A DNA stretch of 64,000 bases from an uncultured Ignavibacteria bacterium (GTDB lineage: Bacteria; Bacteroidota; Ignavibacteria; Kapaibacteriales; Kapaibacteriaceae), in contig CALMZQ010000020.1 of assembly GCA_937870915.1 (NCBI GenBank), positions 14,843-78,842 of the forward strand. Reading direction: 5' to 3'. Under the pieces are notes generated by a model. It was given only the letters and a program-made list of their open reading frames with translations, had not been told where the DNA came from and did not search any database. The first letter of the stretch is position 1, and each line of letters begins with the position of its first letter. The position numbers were made by a program, and so were the translations under genes. Shown piece by piece: positions 45,867 through 54,739 of this stretch.

Positions 45867-46499
45867 TCAGCCCGCTTTTGTAATCAGATCAAAGTTGATC
45901 CGTATCGCATTCCGAACCTTGATCAGGCCGAGTAGGGCCGTTGGTGGTTCAACGCCGAAGTCTGTCATGAGCAGTTCCTTTGTGCTGATGAATCGGAATC
46001 TGCCGTGACTTAGCTTCCTGCCCTTCACAATTAGCGTTACCTTCCGTGCGATGTTCGTGATGGTAATGGATGCATTGCACGAAATTTTTGCCCCGTTGGG
46101 GTCATCGAATGAGCCTTCTGTGACAACTGCATCGTGCAGATCAATTCGGATATATGGATAGTCATCAGACTTGAGTGCTTCGCAGAGATCTCGATTCATC
46201 TTGCTGTTATCACAGTCTAGCAATGTTGTCTTCAGTCGCAAAGTAGTGCCAGTGAATGTCACGGCCCTATCGTCATCACTCAGGGTGATCTTTGCGGTCA
46301 GAGGATCGAACTCGTCCGTACACATACACTCAAAGGAATTGACGTTGCTCGTACCCTCGATGTAAAGCTTACTCCCCTTCTCTATCACAAAGGGATAGTC
46401 GTGGGGAACTCCGAGTGAAACGGCAAGCAGACCGATGACAGCTATGATTGTGGAAGAGATCATGGTGAAAGCTACGAATGAAACATGATAACAAAACAA
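45867..46499 (-). CDS. hypothetical secreted protein, distantly YceI-like
   Basis: N-terminal hydrophobic signal. YIEGTSNVNSFECM resembles the GTSTLHDW segment of the YceI-like protein at 48001..48615. Similar size and the same strand. A weak call. Confidence 0.4.
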   Translation of the reverse strand: MFCYHVSFVAFTMISSTIIAVIGLLAVSLGVPHDYPFVIEKGSKLYIEGTSNVNSFECMCTDEFDPLTAKITLSDDDRAVTFTGTTLRLKTTLLDCDNSKMNRDLCEALKSDDYPYIRIDLHDAVVTEGSFDDPNGAKISCNASITITNIARKVTLIVKGRKLSHGRFRFISTKELLMTDFGVEPPTALLGLIKVRNAIRINFDLITKAG

Positions 46500-46566
46500 T
46501 GCCGGACCTGTGATCGTGATTGATCGCAGGTCCGGACATTATGTTCACAGCCATTGGGGCCGATTA

Positions 46567-47958
46567 TTAGAAGCCAACAACCGCTTGAATGGTCAGACCG
46601 CTGATCTTACCACCGTTGCGGAAGTCCGTTACAGCATAGTCCTTGTAGTCTTGCATCATGTACTCTGCCTTGAGGAAGAGTTGATCAAGGATATACCAGC
46701 CAGCAGCAAAGCTGATGCGGCTAACGTTTGTCTTGAGGTAATCGCTCTTGTCTGCGTTCAGCGCGCCTTCTTCAAGAGTCACACCATTATAGCGTGCACC
46801 GAGATAGAAGTTGCGACTGTCACCGAAGCGATAAAGGAGGTCAGCAGCGATCTGCGACATGCTACGATCACCCAATGTTGAATTGTGCTCCGTTGGATTG
46901 TTGGCACCTGTTGCCATGTCATACGTGGCAAAGAGTTCAAGTCCGCCGAATTGGAGGAAGCCGTTGAATTCGAACGCTGTGACATTGTTGCCAAAGTTCG
47001 GGTTGATACGGCCGGACCATGCTTGTGAAGTTGTTGAAGACTGAACAGTGTTGTAGGTGGAGTATTGCTTTTCCATCACCATGTAATAATTCGATCCTGT
47101 ACGGTCTCCCCAGAACAGCGTATTGCGCGGCGACTGAGATTGTGTGTACATGGAACCAGTGATGCGGTAATGGAAGTCTTCGTTCACCTTACCATCATAC
47201 CCAAGCTTAGCATAGATGGCTGGTGATTTGTCTAGTGTGTCCGCTAGAGGAACGATGTTACCCTTAATCTCACCATTCGTTAAACCAACAACAGCAAGGA
47301 AGCCACTATGTTGGAAGGTAAGGTCGGCGCCGATCTCGGTGGTAAACGGATCGATAAGGTAATTCTCGATGAAAGGATTGTAGATCGTTGACCCACCGTC
47401 AGAGCGACGGAAGTGGGCGTCACCAAAGTTGACTTCCATGTGACCGACTTTGATCGTGAGATACTGCATCACGTCATTGAGGAAGCCACTATTCAGGAAT
47501 GCAAGATCATCGATCTGAATGTATCCACCCTTAACCCATGTTTCTTGGTGGCGACGGGAGGAGAGATAGAGCACCAAGTTCATACGTACGCCGCGTGCCA
47601 GTTGAGCGTCGATATTCAAGTTTGCTGATGCGTTGTTGAAGCCGGCACCGATCTTATAGAGCGCGTTTGCTGAGTCTGAGCGCAACCAACCACTTGAAGG
47701 GGCTGCATTGAGCTTGCCATCAGATCCCGTTACATAGTTCTCGTGGCTAAGCATTTGATAGCCTTGTGTAAAGCCACCACCAATGCGAACACCAATTCCT
47801 GTAAAGGCCGCACCAGAATCTTTTGATGTTTCAAAAACGCCCAAGCCGGTCTTGTCATATGGACGCCAATATTGGATGGGCGCCATCCATTGTGCTGTTG
47901 CCATCGATATAGATGACAGCAGCACGAGCGAGATTGCGAGTAGTCGCGTCGTTTTCAT
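46567..47958 (-). CDS. outer-membrane beta-barrel porin
   Basis: Signal peptide MKTTRLLAISLVLLSSISMATAQ, alternating amphipathic beta-strand pattern throughout, and a C-terminal ..LTIQAVVGF with terminal Phe. Confidence 0.65.
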   Translation of the reverse strand: MKTTRLLAISLVLLSSISMATAQWMAPIQYWRPYDKTGLGVFETSKDSGAAFTGIGVRIGGGFTQGYQMLSHENYVTGSDGKLNAAPSSGWLRSDSANALYKIGAGFNNASANLNIDAQLARGVRMNLVLYLSSRRHQETWVKGGYIQIDDLAFLNSGFLNDVMQYLTIKVGHMEVNFGDAHFRRSDGGSTIYNPFIENYLIDPFTTEIGADLTFQHSGFLAVVGLTNGEIKGNIVPLADTLDKSPAIYAKLGYDGKVNEDFHYRITGSMYTQSQSPRNTLFWGDRTGSNYYMVMEKQYSTYNTVQSSTTSQAWSGRINPNFGNNVTAFEFNGFLQFGGLELFATYDMATGANNPTEHNSTLGDRSMSQIAADLLYRFGDSRNFYLGARYNGVTLEEGALNADKSDYLKTNVSRISFAAGWYILDQLFLKAEYMMQDYKDYAVTDFRNGGKISGLTIQAVVGF

Positions 47959-48000
47959 TTCCGTCCCCAGTGATGTGAATGTTTGTTGGGTTGATTACGT

Positions 48001-48615
48001 TTATGACTTCTTCATCGTCAGCGTGAAGGACACCGTGATGGCATCTCCACATTTGATCATTCCAAGCATGGCCGTTGGACGATCCATACCGTAATGGGTC
48101 ATCATCATCTTTACAGAACCCGTAAAGACAACATCACCATTAGGTTGAACCGTACCCTTTACGGTCATATCAATCTTCTTTGTTGCACCAGCGATTGTCA
48201 TATCGCCGACCGTTTCAACAACGTATTCTGCGCCTACCTTCTTGATGGACTTCATAGACGTCATGTTGAACGTGATCTTCGGGTGTTCCTCAGATTTGAG
48301 GGCTTCGTAGATCTTCTCGTCCATGTCCTCGCCTTTTTCAGACTTGATGGACAGAACGTCTGCCTGGACCCACATTGCATTAACGGACTGAAGTTCGCCG
48401 TTTGCAAGGGTGAGATCGCCGTTGGCCTTTACTTTTCCAACAGGTGTTGTCCAGTCGTGTAAAGTTGATGTCCCGTCGATTTTCATCGAGACTGTTTTAT
48501 CGCCGTATTTGTCAGCCTTTGCTTCTGCAAAGACCCCTATTGCAAGGAATAAGGATACAACCATTGCTACCGTTTTCATTGTTCGCCTCCCAGCGTGTTT
48601 GAACTGTGATTTCAT
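48001..48615 (-). CDS. YceI family (polyisoprenoid-binding-like) periplasmic protein
   Basis: Signal peptide. VSMKIDGTSTLHDWTTPVGKVKANGDLTL and ..MLGMIKCGDAITVSFTLTMKK are typical of YceI-like domains. Confidence 0.7.
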   Translation of the reverse strand: MKSQFKHAGRRTMKTVAMVVSLFLAIGVFAEAKADKYGDKTVSMKIDGTSTLHDWTTPVGKVKANGDLTLANGELQSVNAMWVQADVLSIKSEKGEDMDEKIYEALKSEEHPKITFNMTSMKSIKKVGAEYVVETVGDMTIAGATKKIDMTVKGTVQPNGDVVFTGSVKMMMTHYGMDRPTAMLGMIKCGDAITVSFTLTMKKS

Positions 48616-48718
48616 ACTCTTGTATACGAATCTCGGGGAGTTTCAACTCTACAACTATGACTTTTGTCAGGGTACGTAATAAATCATCGTTGCGTAATCC
48701 ACACCGACCTCTGAAACG

Positions 48719-48748
48719 AAAAAAGGCCTCCCGAACGGGAGGCCTTTT
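48719..48748 (-). terminator. rho-independent terminator downstream of rplY (bidirectional geometry)
   Basis: GGCCTCCC-GAAC-GGGAGGCC stem-loop (48725-48744), flanked by A6 on the plus strand (U6 on the minus strand) and T4. Confidence 0.8.
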
Positions 48749-48776
48749 GAAGTCTCTAGATTTGCGTAAACGAGCT

Positions 48777-49361
48777 TTAGGCCTTCTTAGCAGCTTCAGC
48801 TGTCTCTTCTGCTGTGGCTACCTTAGGGGCATGGCAGGCAACGATCACAGCATCTTGGCGGTCTGTGAATTCCACACCCGGGATGTTCAGGTCGCTGATG
48901 TGGATTGCTGCACCCTTTACCAGATTCGACACATCGATGTCGATGTGTTCTGGCATGATGGTTGGATCCACGCGAACGTGGGCCTTATGCATCACGTGCT
49001 CCAAGCTACCACCATCGCGAACGCCGATCGATAGACCAACAATGTGAAGAGGAATCTCCACAGCGATCTTCTCACCAGCTGCAACTCCGAGGAGGTCTAC
49101 GTGAAGGATCTTATCCGTCACTGGGTCGAACATCACATCCTTGAGGACGCAAAGGAGCCCCTTACCATTCACTTCGAGGCGGACGGTCTTGGCTTCAGCC
49201 GTATAGACCACCGGACGAAGGGCAAGCTTCTGAACGGAGAAGTGCACAGGATCTTGACCCTTTGCATAATACACGCCTGGAACGCGGTCATTACGACGAA
49301 GCTGCTTGGCTCCGGTCTGGCCCGGCTCACGTGGCTCGGCTTGAAGGACGATCTGGCTCAT
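48777..49361 (-). CDS. rplY: 50S ribosomal protein L25 / general stress protein Ctc
   Basis: From ATG 49361: MSQIVLQAEPREPGQTGAKQLRRNDRVPGVYYAKG.... The longer ORF to 49511 would overlap prs. Confidence 0.9.
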   Translation of the reverse strand: MSQIVLQAEPREPGQTGAKQLRRNDRVPGVYYAKGQDPVHFSVQKLALRPVVYTAEAKTVRLEVNGKGLLCVLKDVMFDPVTDKILHVDLLGVAAGEKIAVEIPLHIVGLSIGVRDGGSLEHVMHKAHVRVDPTIMPEHIDIDVSNLVKGAAIHISDLNIPGVEFTDRQDAVIVACHAPKVATAEETAEAAKKA

Positions 49362-49395
49362 GGTTCTACCTGTCGATGAATGTTGTCGAGGTGGA

Positions 49396-50343
49396 TCAGC
49401 TCTCTGCCTTGTCAAACAAGGAACTGATGGATTGATTCTCGTGCGTACGGATGATCGCCTCGGCGAACAATCCAGCCACACTGATGACTTCGATCTTAGG
49501 ATTCTCCACACGAAGCGGGATGGTATCGGTTACGTAAAGGCGTGTGAGCGCCTCACTTTTTGCGATCCGTTCCACTGCTTCTCCAGAGAATACCGGATGG
49601 GTGCAGACCCCGATGATGGTCTCTGCTCCACCTTTTTTCAATGCTTCTGCACATTGGACGAACGTGCTGCCGGTGTCGATAAGATCATCTATGATGATGA
49701 CATTCTTCCCTTGCACTTCGCCGATGATGTTCATCACTTCAGCAACGTTGTGCTTGGGCCTGCGCTTGTCAACAACCACCAGATCGGCATCGCCCAACAT
49801 TTTCGCATATGCCCGTGCTGTTTTCACACCACCAACATCAGGCGCAGCGACGGCCAGATTCTGAAGACCTAAGGACTTCAGCATCCGCACGGTAACCGTA
49901 GATGCATAAAGGTGATCGAGTGGTATATCGAAAAACCCCTGCAGCTGCGGCGTGTGTAGGTCCATCGTCACAACACGATTGGCACCTGCCTCCACAAGGA
50001 GGTTGGCAACCAGTTTTGCCGTGATCGCAACCCGAGGTTGATCCTTTCGATCCTGACGCGCATATCCAAAGTACGGGATCACTGCCGTGATACGCCGAGC
50101 TGATGCTCTCTTGGCTGCATCGATCAACATCAAAAGCTCCAACAGGTTCTCTGCCGGAGCAAAAGTCGACTGAACGATGTAGAGATCAACACCGCGTACG
50201 TTCTCTTCGTACTTGACCCAGATCTCACCATCACTGAAATTGCGGATCGTAACTTCTGACAGCTCGCGATGAGTCGCCCGTGCGATCTTCTGCGCGATGT
50301 CAAAGTTAGACCTGCCGGCGACGATGGTTATCTCTGAGTCCAC
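49396..50343 (-). CDS. prs: ribose-phosphate diphosphokinase
   Basis: FSDGEIWVKYEENVRG, YFGYARQDRK, and IIDDLIDTGST. GTG start. Confidence 0.95.
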   Translation of the reverse strand: MDSEITIVAGRSNFDIAQKIARATHRELSEVTIRNFSDGEIWVKYEENVRGVDLYIVQSTFAPAENLLELLMLIDAAKRASARRITAVIPYFGYARQDRKDQPRVAITAKLVANLLVEAGANRVVTMDLHTPQLQGFFDIPLDHLYASTVTVRMLKSLGLQNLAVAAPDVGGVKTARAYAKMLGDADLVVVDKRRPKHNVAEVMNIIGEVQGKNVIIIDDLIDTGSTFVQCAEALKKGGAETIIGVCTHPVFSGEAVERIAKSEALTRLYVTDTIPLRVENPKIEVISVAGLFAEAIIRTHENQSISSLFDKAES

Positions 50344-50370
50344 TGTATTTCCGGCTTGTGATCTTTCTTG

Positions 50371-50442
<72 letters not shown>

Positions 50443-50455
50443 ATAGGGAGAGCCA

Positions 50456-50463
50456 CAAATATA
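50456..50463 (-). promoter_or_regulatory. possible -7 box TATATTTG, 13 nt upstream of tRNA-Gln
   Basis: Exact TAnnTTTG on the minus strand, upstream of the tRNA-Gln-prs-rplY unit. Confidence 0.4.
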
Positions 50464-50531
50464 GCGCGTTCCTAAATAATGACAAAAGGTAGGGGGCGAG
50501 AAATTGCCCACATATCGAAGTAAATTGGGAT

Positions 50532-51623
50532 ATGATATCCTATTCCCGATGGACCGAGACGTCTTCAACTGCCGAACAGGAGTTGGAGCGAATGCTCAAC
50601 ATCTTTTCCTACGTGTTGCTCCATGTGAGTGGAGACGCCCAACAGGCTATAGATATTCTCAAGGGGTTGGACGAGAAGTACGATCTGTTGCAGTCGATGT
50701 CCATGGACGACTTTGTGCAACTACTTCAGAGACAAGGATTTCTGGATACAGACGAAAATGGGAATCTGCGACCCACGCCAAAAGCTGACCGGAAAATGCG
50801 TACCGATGCGCTCAATGAGATCTTCAGCTCTCTCAAAAAGGCGGACCTTGGGAACCACGACGCCCCTTTCTCGGGATCTGGAATCGAGCGTACTCCGGAT
50901 ACTCGCAGCTTTACGTTCGGAGATCAAGCGGCCAACATGGATGTGACGGAAACGATGTCCAACCTGTTCAAACGAACGGGTGACATCGACGGAATTGACC
51001 TGCGCGAAGAAGACATCCGGGTCTATGAAACGGAACTCCAAACGCGATGTGCTACGGTTGTGATGATCGACATCTCTCATTCGATGATCCTCTATGGGGA
51101 AGATCGCATCACACCGGCGAAACAGGTGGCGATCGCACTCTCTGAATTGATCCAAACGAAGTTTCCAAAGGACTCCCTAGAGGTTGTGGTGTTCGGAGAT
51201 GAGGCACGTAGGATATCCGTACGAGACCTTCCGTATCTGACTGTTGGCCCCTTTCATACCAATACCAGAGATGGTCTTCGACTCGCTCGGCAGTTACTCA
51301 GACGGTCGCGCTCGGTGAACAAGCAGATTTTTATGATCACTGATGGGAAGCCATCGGCGCTGACGTTGGACAATGGCACGATCTACAAGAACTCGTGGGG
51401 GCTCGACCCTATGATCGTAAATAAGACTCTCGACGAAGCCGTGGCATGCCGACGAGATGGGATCACTATTGCGACCTTTATGATTGCCCAGGACCCATAC
51501 CTGGTACAGTTCGTAGAGGATCTTACGAAAGCAAATCGAGGCCGAGCTTTCTATACCGCGCTCGATGGGCTTGGCAAGGACATGTTCGTGGACTATGTAC
51601 GCAACAGAAGACGCTCCTCCTGA
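50532..51623 (+). CDS. von Willebrand factor type A (VWA) domain protein
   Basis: MIDAS DISHSM (VVMIDISHSMILYG), a helical N-terminal region, and ITDGKPSA. Confidence 0.7.
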   Translation: MISYSRWTETSSTAEQELERMLNIFSYVLLHVSGDAQQAIDILKGLDEKYDLLQSMSMDDFVQLLQRQGFLDTDENGNLRPTPKADRKMRTDALNEIFSSLKKADLGNHDAPFSGSGIERTPDTRSFTFGDQAANMDVTETMSNLFKRTGDIDGIDLREEDIRVYETELQTRCATVVMIDISHSMILYGEDRITPAKQVAIALSELIQTKFPKDSLEVVVFGDEARRISVRDLPYLTVGPFHTNTRDGLRLARQLLRRSRSVNKQIFMITDGKPSALTLDNGTIYKNSWGLDPMIVNKTLDEAVACRRDGITIATFMIAQDPYLVQFVEDLTKANRGRAFYTALDGLGKDMFVDYVRNRRRSS

Positions 51624-51712
51624 TCTAAGCTATCTATGTTCGTACAAGCCGGGTCAACGGTAGACGGTTCATAGAAGACAGCGATATTGATGAACTCACT
51701 TGGAGCTCGTAC

Positions 51713-52807
51713 ATGTTGCAACAGTATCGTTGGTCGTTCATCCTCCTGGGATGGTTCTTTATCATCTTTCCGGCCTTGGCCCTGGGTCTTACGCTGATGC
51801 CTATCATTCCTGCAATGCAGGAGTGGGACACCATCACCTTTTCCTACGTAGTGTATAAGGTACAGTACCTATCAATTGGCATTGGTATTGGACTGATGTT
51901 GATCGGAATCATCAATGCGTGGCCAACATTACGGTGGTGGTGGAGAACGCTTATCGTACTGCTCATCATCATTGCCGGTGGGATGCATTACCTCTCGCGC
52001 ACCGAAGCTTCTGCTGAAGTGATGTTCAATGAGCCGGAATCTGTACGCAGAGTCCAGTTAGACCCTTCGTCTGCAATGTCTGACACCACGGTCTATCTTT
52101 GGGTGTATCTCAACGGTCAAGCAGCAGGGTACCCACTCGATCTCGTTGCCCATCATCACAAGATCCACGATACTGTAGGGGGCGTTCCTGTGCTTGTTAC
52201 GTACTGCACAATGTGTCACACCGGACGTGTTTACTCGCCATTGATCGATGGAAAACGTGAGACATTCCGCCTTGTTGGAGCCAATCATTTCAATGCAATC
52301 TTTGAGGATGTATCCACGGGAAGCTGGTGGTATCAGGCAACTGGTGAATGTGTAGTTGGACCACTTTCCGGGAAGGTCTTTTCCGATATTCCGTTCATAC
52401 AGGGTACTGTCTCTGAGATGCAGGCCATCACTCGTGCAAGGTCTGTTTCTGCCTTTGTTCCTGATGCTTCAACTGCTGATAAATATGATTGGTCAAGGGG
52501 CTTTGCACAACGTGTTGGCGACACTACGCAAACGCTCGGAAAACGATCGTTGGTCATCGGCATCGATATCAACGGCGATTCGCGCGCCTACCCCTTACAC
52601 TACCTCGTAACGCGATCAACGGATTCTTTGATCACGGATACGATTAACGCCACTACCATCGTGTTTCAACGCCCAACGTCATTCACATCTCCAGTCACGG
52701 TTTTTCGTGATTCACTCTCGTCAGGAGTTGTTATCCAATCGTATCGGGAGTATTGGCATTCATGGAAACATTTTCATCCTACCACAACAACCTTCAAGAG
52801 CCCATAA
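51713..52807 (+). CDS. DUF3179 domain membrane protein
   Basis: N-terminal TM helices, then VLVTYCTMCHTGRVY and ..FNAIFEDVSTGSWW, typical of DUF3179. Confidence 0.65.
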   Translation: MLQQYRWSFILLGWFFIIFPALALGLTLMPIIPAMQEWDTITFSYVVYKVQYLSIGIGIGLMLIGIINAWPTLRWWWRTLIVLLIIIAGGMHYLSRTEASAEVMFNEPESVRRVQLDPSSAMSDTTVYLWVYLNGQAAGYPLDLVAHHHKIHDTVGGVPVLVTYCTMCHTGRVYSPLIDGKRETFRLVGANHFNAIFEDVSTGSWWYQATGECVVGPLSGKVFSDIPFIQGTVSEMQAITRARSVSAFVPDASTADKYDWSRGFAQRVGDTTQTLGKRSLVIGIDINGDSRAYPLHYLVTRSTDSLITDTINATTIVFQRPTSFTSPVTVFRDSLSSGVVIQSYREYWHSWKHFHPTTTTFKSP

Positions 52808-53808
52808 AAGCCCCCTCGGATGCTGTACCGGCGTTCGCTTGGACCGAGTGGTATGAAGGTGTAGGTGGACGGTCGATTGTTATCTCTGAGGTGCAAGACT
52901 ACCTGCATCTCATTCACGACGAACAAGCACCACGATTCTCCGGCCCTGTTGCAGGATCCATGCAGCCTTTTGCAACAGCTAGTGAAGCATCAGAATGGGT
53001 AAAATCCACGGCGCGTTCACTCGGTGCAGACATCGTAGGAGTGTGCGAGATCGAACCAACGGACATTTACCGTGGACGTGAGGTGCATGAGCGCTTTGCT
53101 ATCGCTGTTGGTAAACGTATGCGTTATGCTGAGTTTCAAAACGTACCCGACCAACGTAGCGCGATAGAATGTATGCGCATCTATCATGACCTGGGCGAGG
53201 TAGTGATCGGTTTGGCAGAGGCCTTACGAGCACGGGGCTACGCATGCCGTGTAGAACATCCACTTGGTGATAGCAATGTGCTCCACATCCCTATCGGACT
53301 GAAGGCTGGATTTGGCGAGCTTGGTCGACATGGGAGCATCATCAATCCGGAGCTTGGACCTCTGTTTCGAATGGGTAGTGTTCTTACATCAATTCCATTG
53401 TTGTGCGACGCACCAATAGATGCCGGAATTGCGGCATTCTGTGATACGTGTAAGGCATGTCGGATCTACTGTCCGGCAGATGCTATCCCGGACGAACGAA
53501 GCCCCGAAGCAGGCAAGGACCATCTTGGAAACAACCGCTACAAGGTAGATACCGGGAAATGCTTCCCCTACTTTGCTAAACACAACTACTGCTCTGCTTG
53601 CCTGCCAGTTTGCGTTTACAATCACAAGGAATGGGCAAAAGATTTTGATGGTGAACCAACGAAGATCTTCCCAACTGTTGTGATGCACGATCCTCCCGAT
53701 GTATGCGATTCCGTTGAACCACACCATCGACATGAGTACCCACTCGTCCATCGTGATCGCACTAGAGGACCTGTCCCCCGCCATGCAGTGGATGCGGATA
53801 AGCTATAA
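52753..53808 (+). CDS. 4Fe-4S cluster protein of the QueG / reductive-dehalogenase-like type
   Basis: GSIINPELGPLFRMGSVLTSIPLL, then CDTCKACRIYCPADAIP and CSACLPVCVYN. The ATG at 52753 overlaps the upstream gene by 55 nt, so the true start may be later. Confidence 0.55.
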   Translation: MAFMETFSSYHNNLQEPIKAPSDAVPAFAWTEWYEGVGGRSIVISEVQDYLHLIHDEQAPRFSGPVAGSMQPFATASEASEWVKSTARSLGADIVGVCEIEPTDIYRGREVHERFAIAVGKRMRYAEFQNVPDQRSAIECMRIYHDLGEVVIGLAEALRARGYACRVEHPLGDSNVLHIPIGLKAGFGELGRHGSIINPELGPLFRMGSVLTSIPLLCDAPIDAGIAAFCDTCKACRIYCPADAIPDERSPEAGKDHLGNNRYKVDTGKCFPYFAKHNYCSACLPVCVYNHKEWAKDFDGEPTKIFPTVVMHDPPDVCDSVEPHHRHEYPLVHRDRTRGPVPRHAVDADKL

Positions 53809-53810
53809 CG

Positions 53811-53840
53811 AAAAAAGCCTCGCTATGCGAGGCTTTTTTG
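53811..53840. terminator. bidirectional rho-independent terminator between convergent genes
   Basis: A6-GCCTCGC-TAT-GCGAGGC-T6 (stem 53817-53823 / 53827-53833). Confidence 0.85.
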
Positions 53841-53856
53841 AGTTTCGGAATCATCG

Positions 53857-53904
53857 TTCGTCATAACGTCATATTGTCATAACGTCATTTCGTCACTACG
53901 TCAT
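53857..53904. repeat. six tandem octamers NNCGTCAT (reverse orientation of the ATGACG family)
   Basis: ttcgtcat aacgtcat attgtcat aacgtcat ttcgtcac tacgtcat, ending 5 nt before the rpsR stop. Confidence 0.9.
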
Positions 53905-53908
53905 TCTC

Positions 53909-54184
53909 TTAACGAGTGTCTTGCGCAACAAACGGAAGCAGAGCCAGGTGGCGTGCATACTTGATCGCACTGCAGAGGCGACGTTGTTGGAGAGCTGTAA
54001 CGCCTGTGATACGACGGGGCAGGATCTTGCCTTGGTCGTTTGTAAAGCGGCCCAAGAACTTCGGATCGAGATAATCGATCAGACGCGATTTCTTTAGCGG
54101 GTTTGTACGCTTCTTTGGCTGATTCCGCTTTTGGCGGAACGGCGAATTGATCGTATTCGGGTTTGGTGAGGTTGGCATTGCCAC
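53909..54184 (-). CDS. rpsR: 30S ribosomal protein S18
   Basis: [50 protein letters not shown]. Confidence 0.95.
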   Translation of the reverse strand: MAMPTSPNPNTINSPFRQKRNQPKKRTNPLKKSRLIDYLDPKFLGRFTNDQGKILPRRITGVTALQQRRLCSAIKYARHLALLPFVAQDTR

Positions 54185-54199
54185 GTGATTGTCTCCTGT

Positions 54200-54439
54200 T
54201 TACTTTCCTTGTCCCTTAGCATCGCGTACAGCTTGGGTCTTTTCGAGGCGCTTCTTGAAGCGATCCACACGTCCGGCCGTATCAACGAGCATTTGTTTGC
54301 CCGTATAAAACGGATGTGACTTCGAATCGATTTCAAGCACCATACGATCGCCCTTGTAGCACGAACGGGTCTTGTAGGTTGAACCATCGGTCATTACGAT
54401 GTCGATGGTCTTGTATGCGGGGTGAATGCCCTTCTTCAT
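54200..54439 (-). CDS. rpmE: 50S ribosomal protein L31 (type B, no CxxC)
   Basis: MKKGIHPAYKTIDIVMTDGSTYKTRS...HPFYTGKQMLVDTAGRVDRFKKR. Confidence 0.9.
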   Translation of the reverse strand: MKKGIHPAYKTIDIVMTDGSTYKTRSCYKGDRMVLEIDSKSHPFYTGKQMLVDTAGRVDRFKKRLEKTQAVRDAKGQGK

Positions 54440-54444
54440 CGAAA

Positions 54445-54618
54445 TTACCTCGTGAATTCCATCTTGTCGATTTGCCCAACGTCGTCGACCTTAACGAAGC
54501 GCTCCATATACTTGATGGTGCCCTTCTCGGAGCGGAAGGCCTTGATGACCTTGACGCTGATCTTCGAATCGCCGGCTTTTTTCTTGGTCTTGTCGCCGAA
54601 TGTTTGCTGCTTAGCCAT
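54445..54618 (-). CDS. DUF4295 family small protein
   Basis: From ATG 54618: MAKQQTFGDKTKKKAGDSKISVKVIKAFRSEKGTIKYMERFVKVDDV.... The size, basic composition and ribosomal-protein neighbourhood fit DUF4295 of Bacteroidota. Confidence 0.65.
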   Translation of the reverse strand: MAKQQTFGDKTKKKAGDSKISVKVIKAFRSEKGTIKYMERFVKVDDVGQIDKMEFTR

Positions 54619-54666
54619 GTCGTCCTCAATAGCCTGAGGTTGAGTAGTTCGTTTCCGTGGGAACGA

Positions 54667-54674
54667 CAAACATA
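54667..54674 (-). promoter_or_regulatory. possible -7 box TATGTTTG, 48 nt upstream of the DUF4295-rpmE-rpsR operon
   Basis: Exact TAnnTTTG on the minus strand. A chance match is possible. Confidence 0.3.
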
Positions 54675-54727
54675 CGGCAGACCACAATTCTATGCAAGTA
54701 CTTGCTGAATGGTCACTTGGCGAGTGC

Positions 54728-54735
54728 TAGATTTG
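54728..54735 (+). promoter_or_regulatory. -7 promoter box TAGATTTG, 4 nt upstream of ATG 54740
   Basis: Exact TAnnTTTG at fixed short spacing. Confidence 0.5.
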
Positions 54736-54739
54736 CCGC

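Noticed and set aside
48757-48764. Exact TAGATTTG on the plus strand in the rplY / YceI intergenic region
   Set aside because: No plus-strand gene lies downstream. About 15 chance TAnnTTTG matches per strand are expected in 64 kb, so isolated matches far from a start codon are not called as promoters.
50532-51623. VWA protein as part of a MoxR-VWA or defence-type module
   Set aside because: No AAA+ (MoxR/RavA) or other partner gene is adjacent, and the neighbours are tRNA-Gln and DUF3179. It is left as a plain VWA-domain protein.
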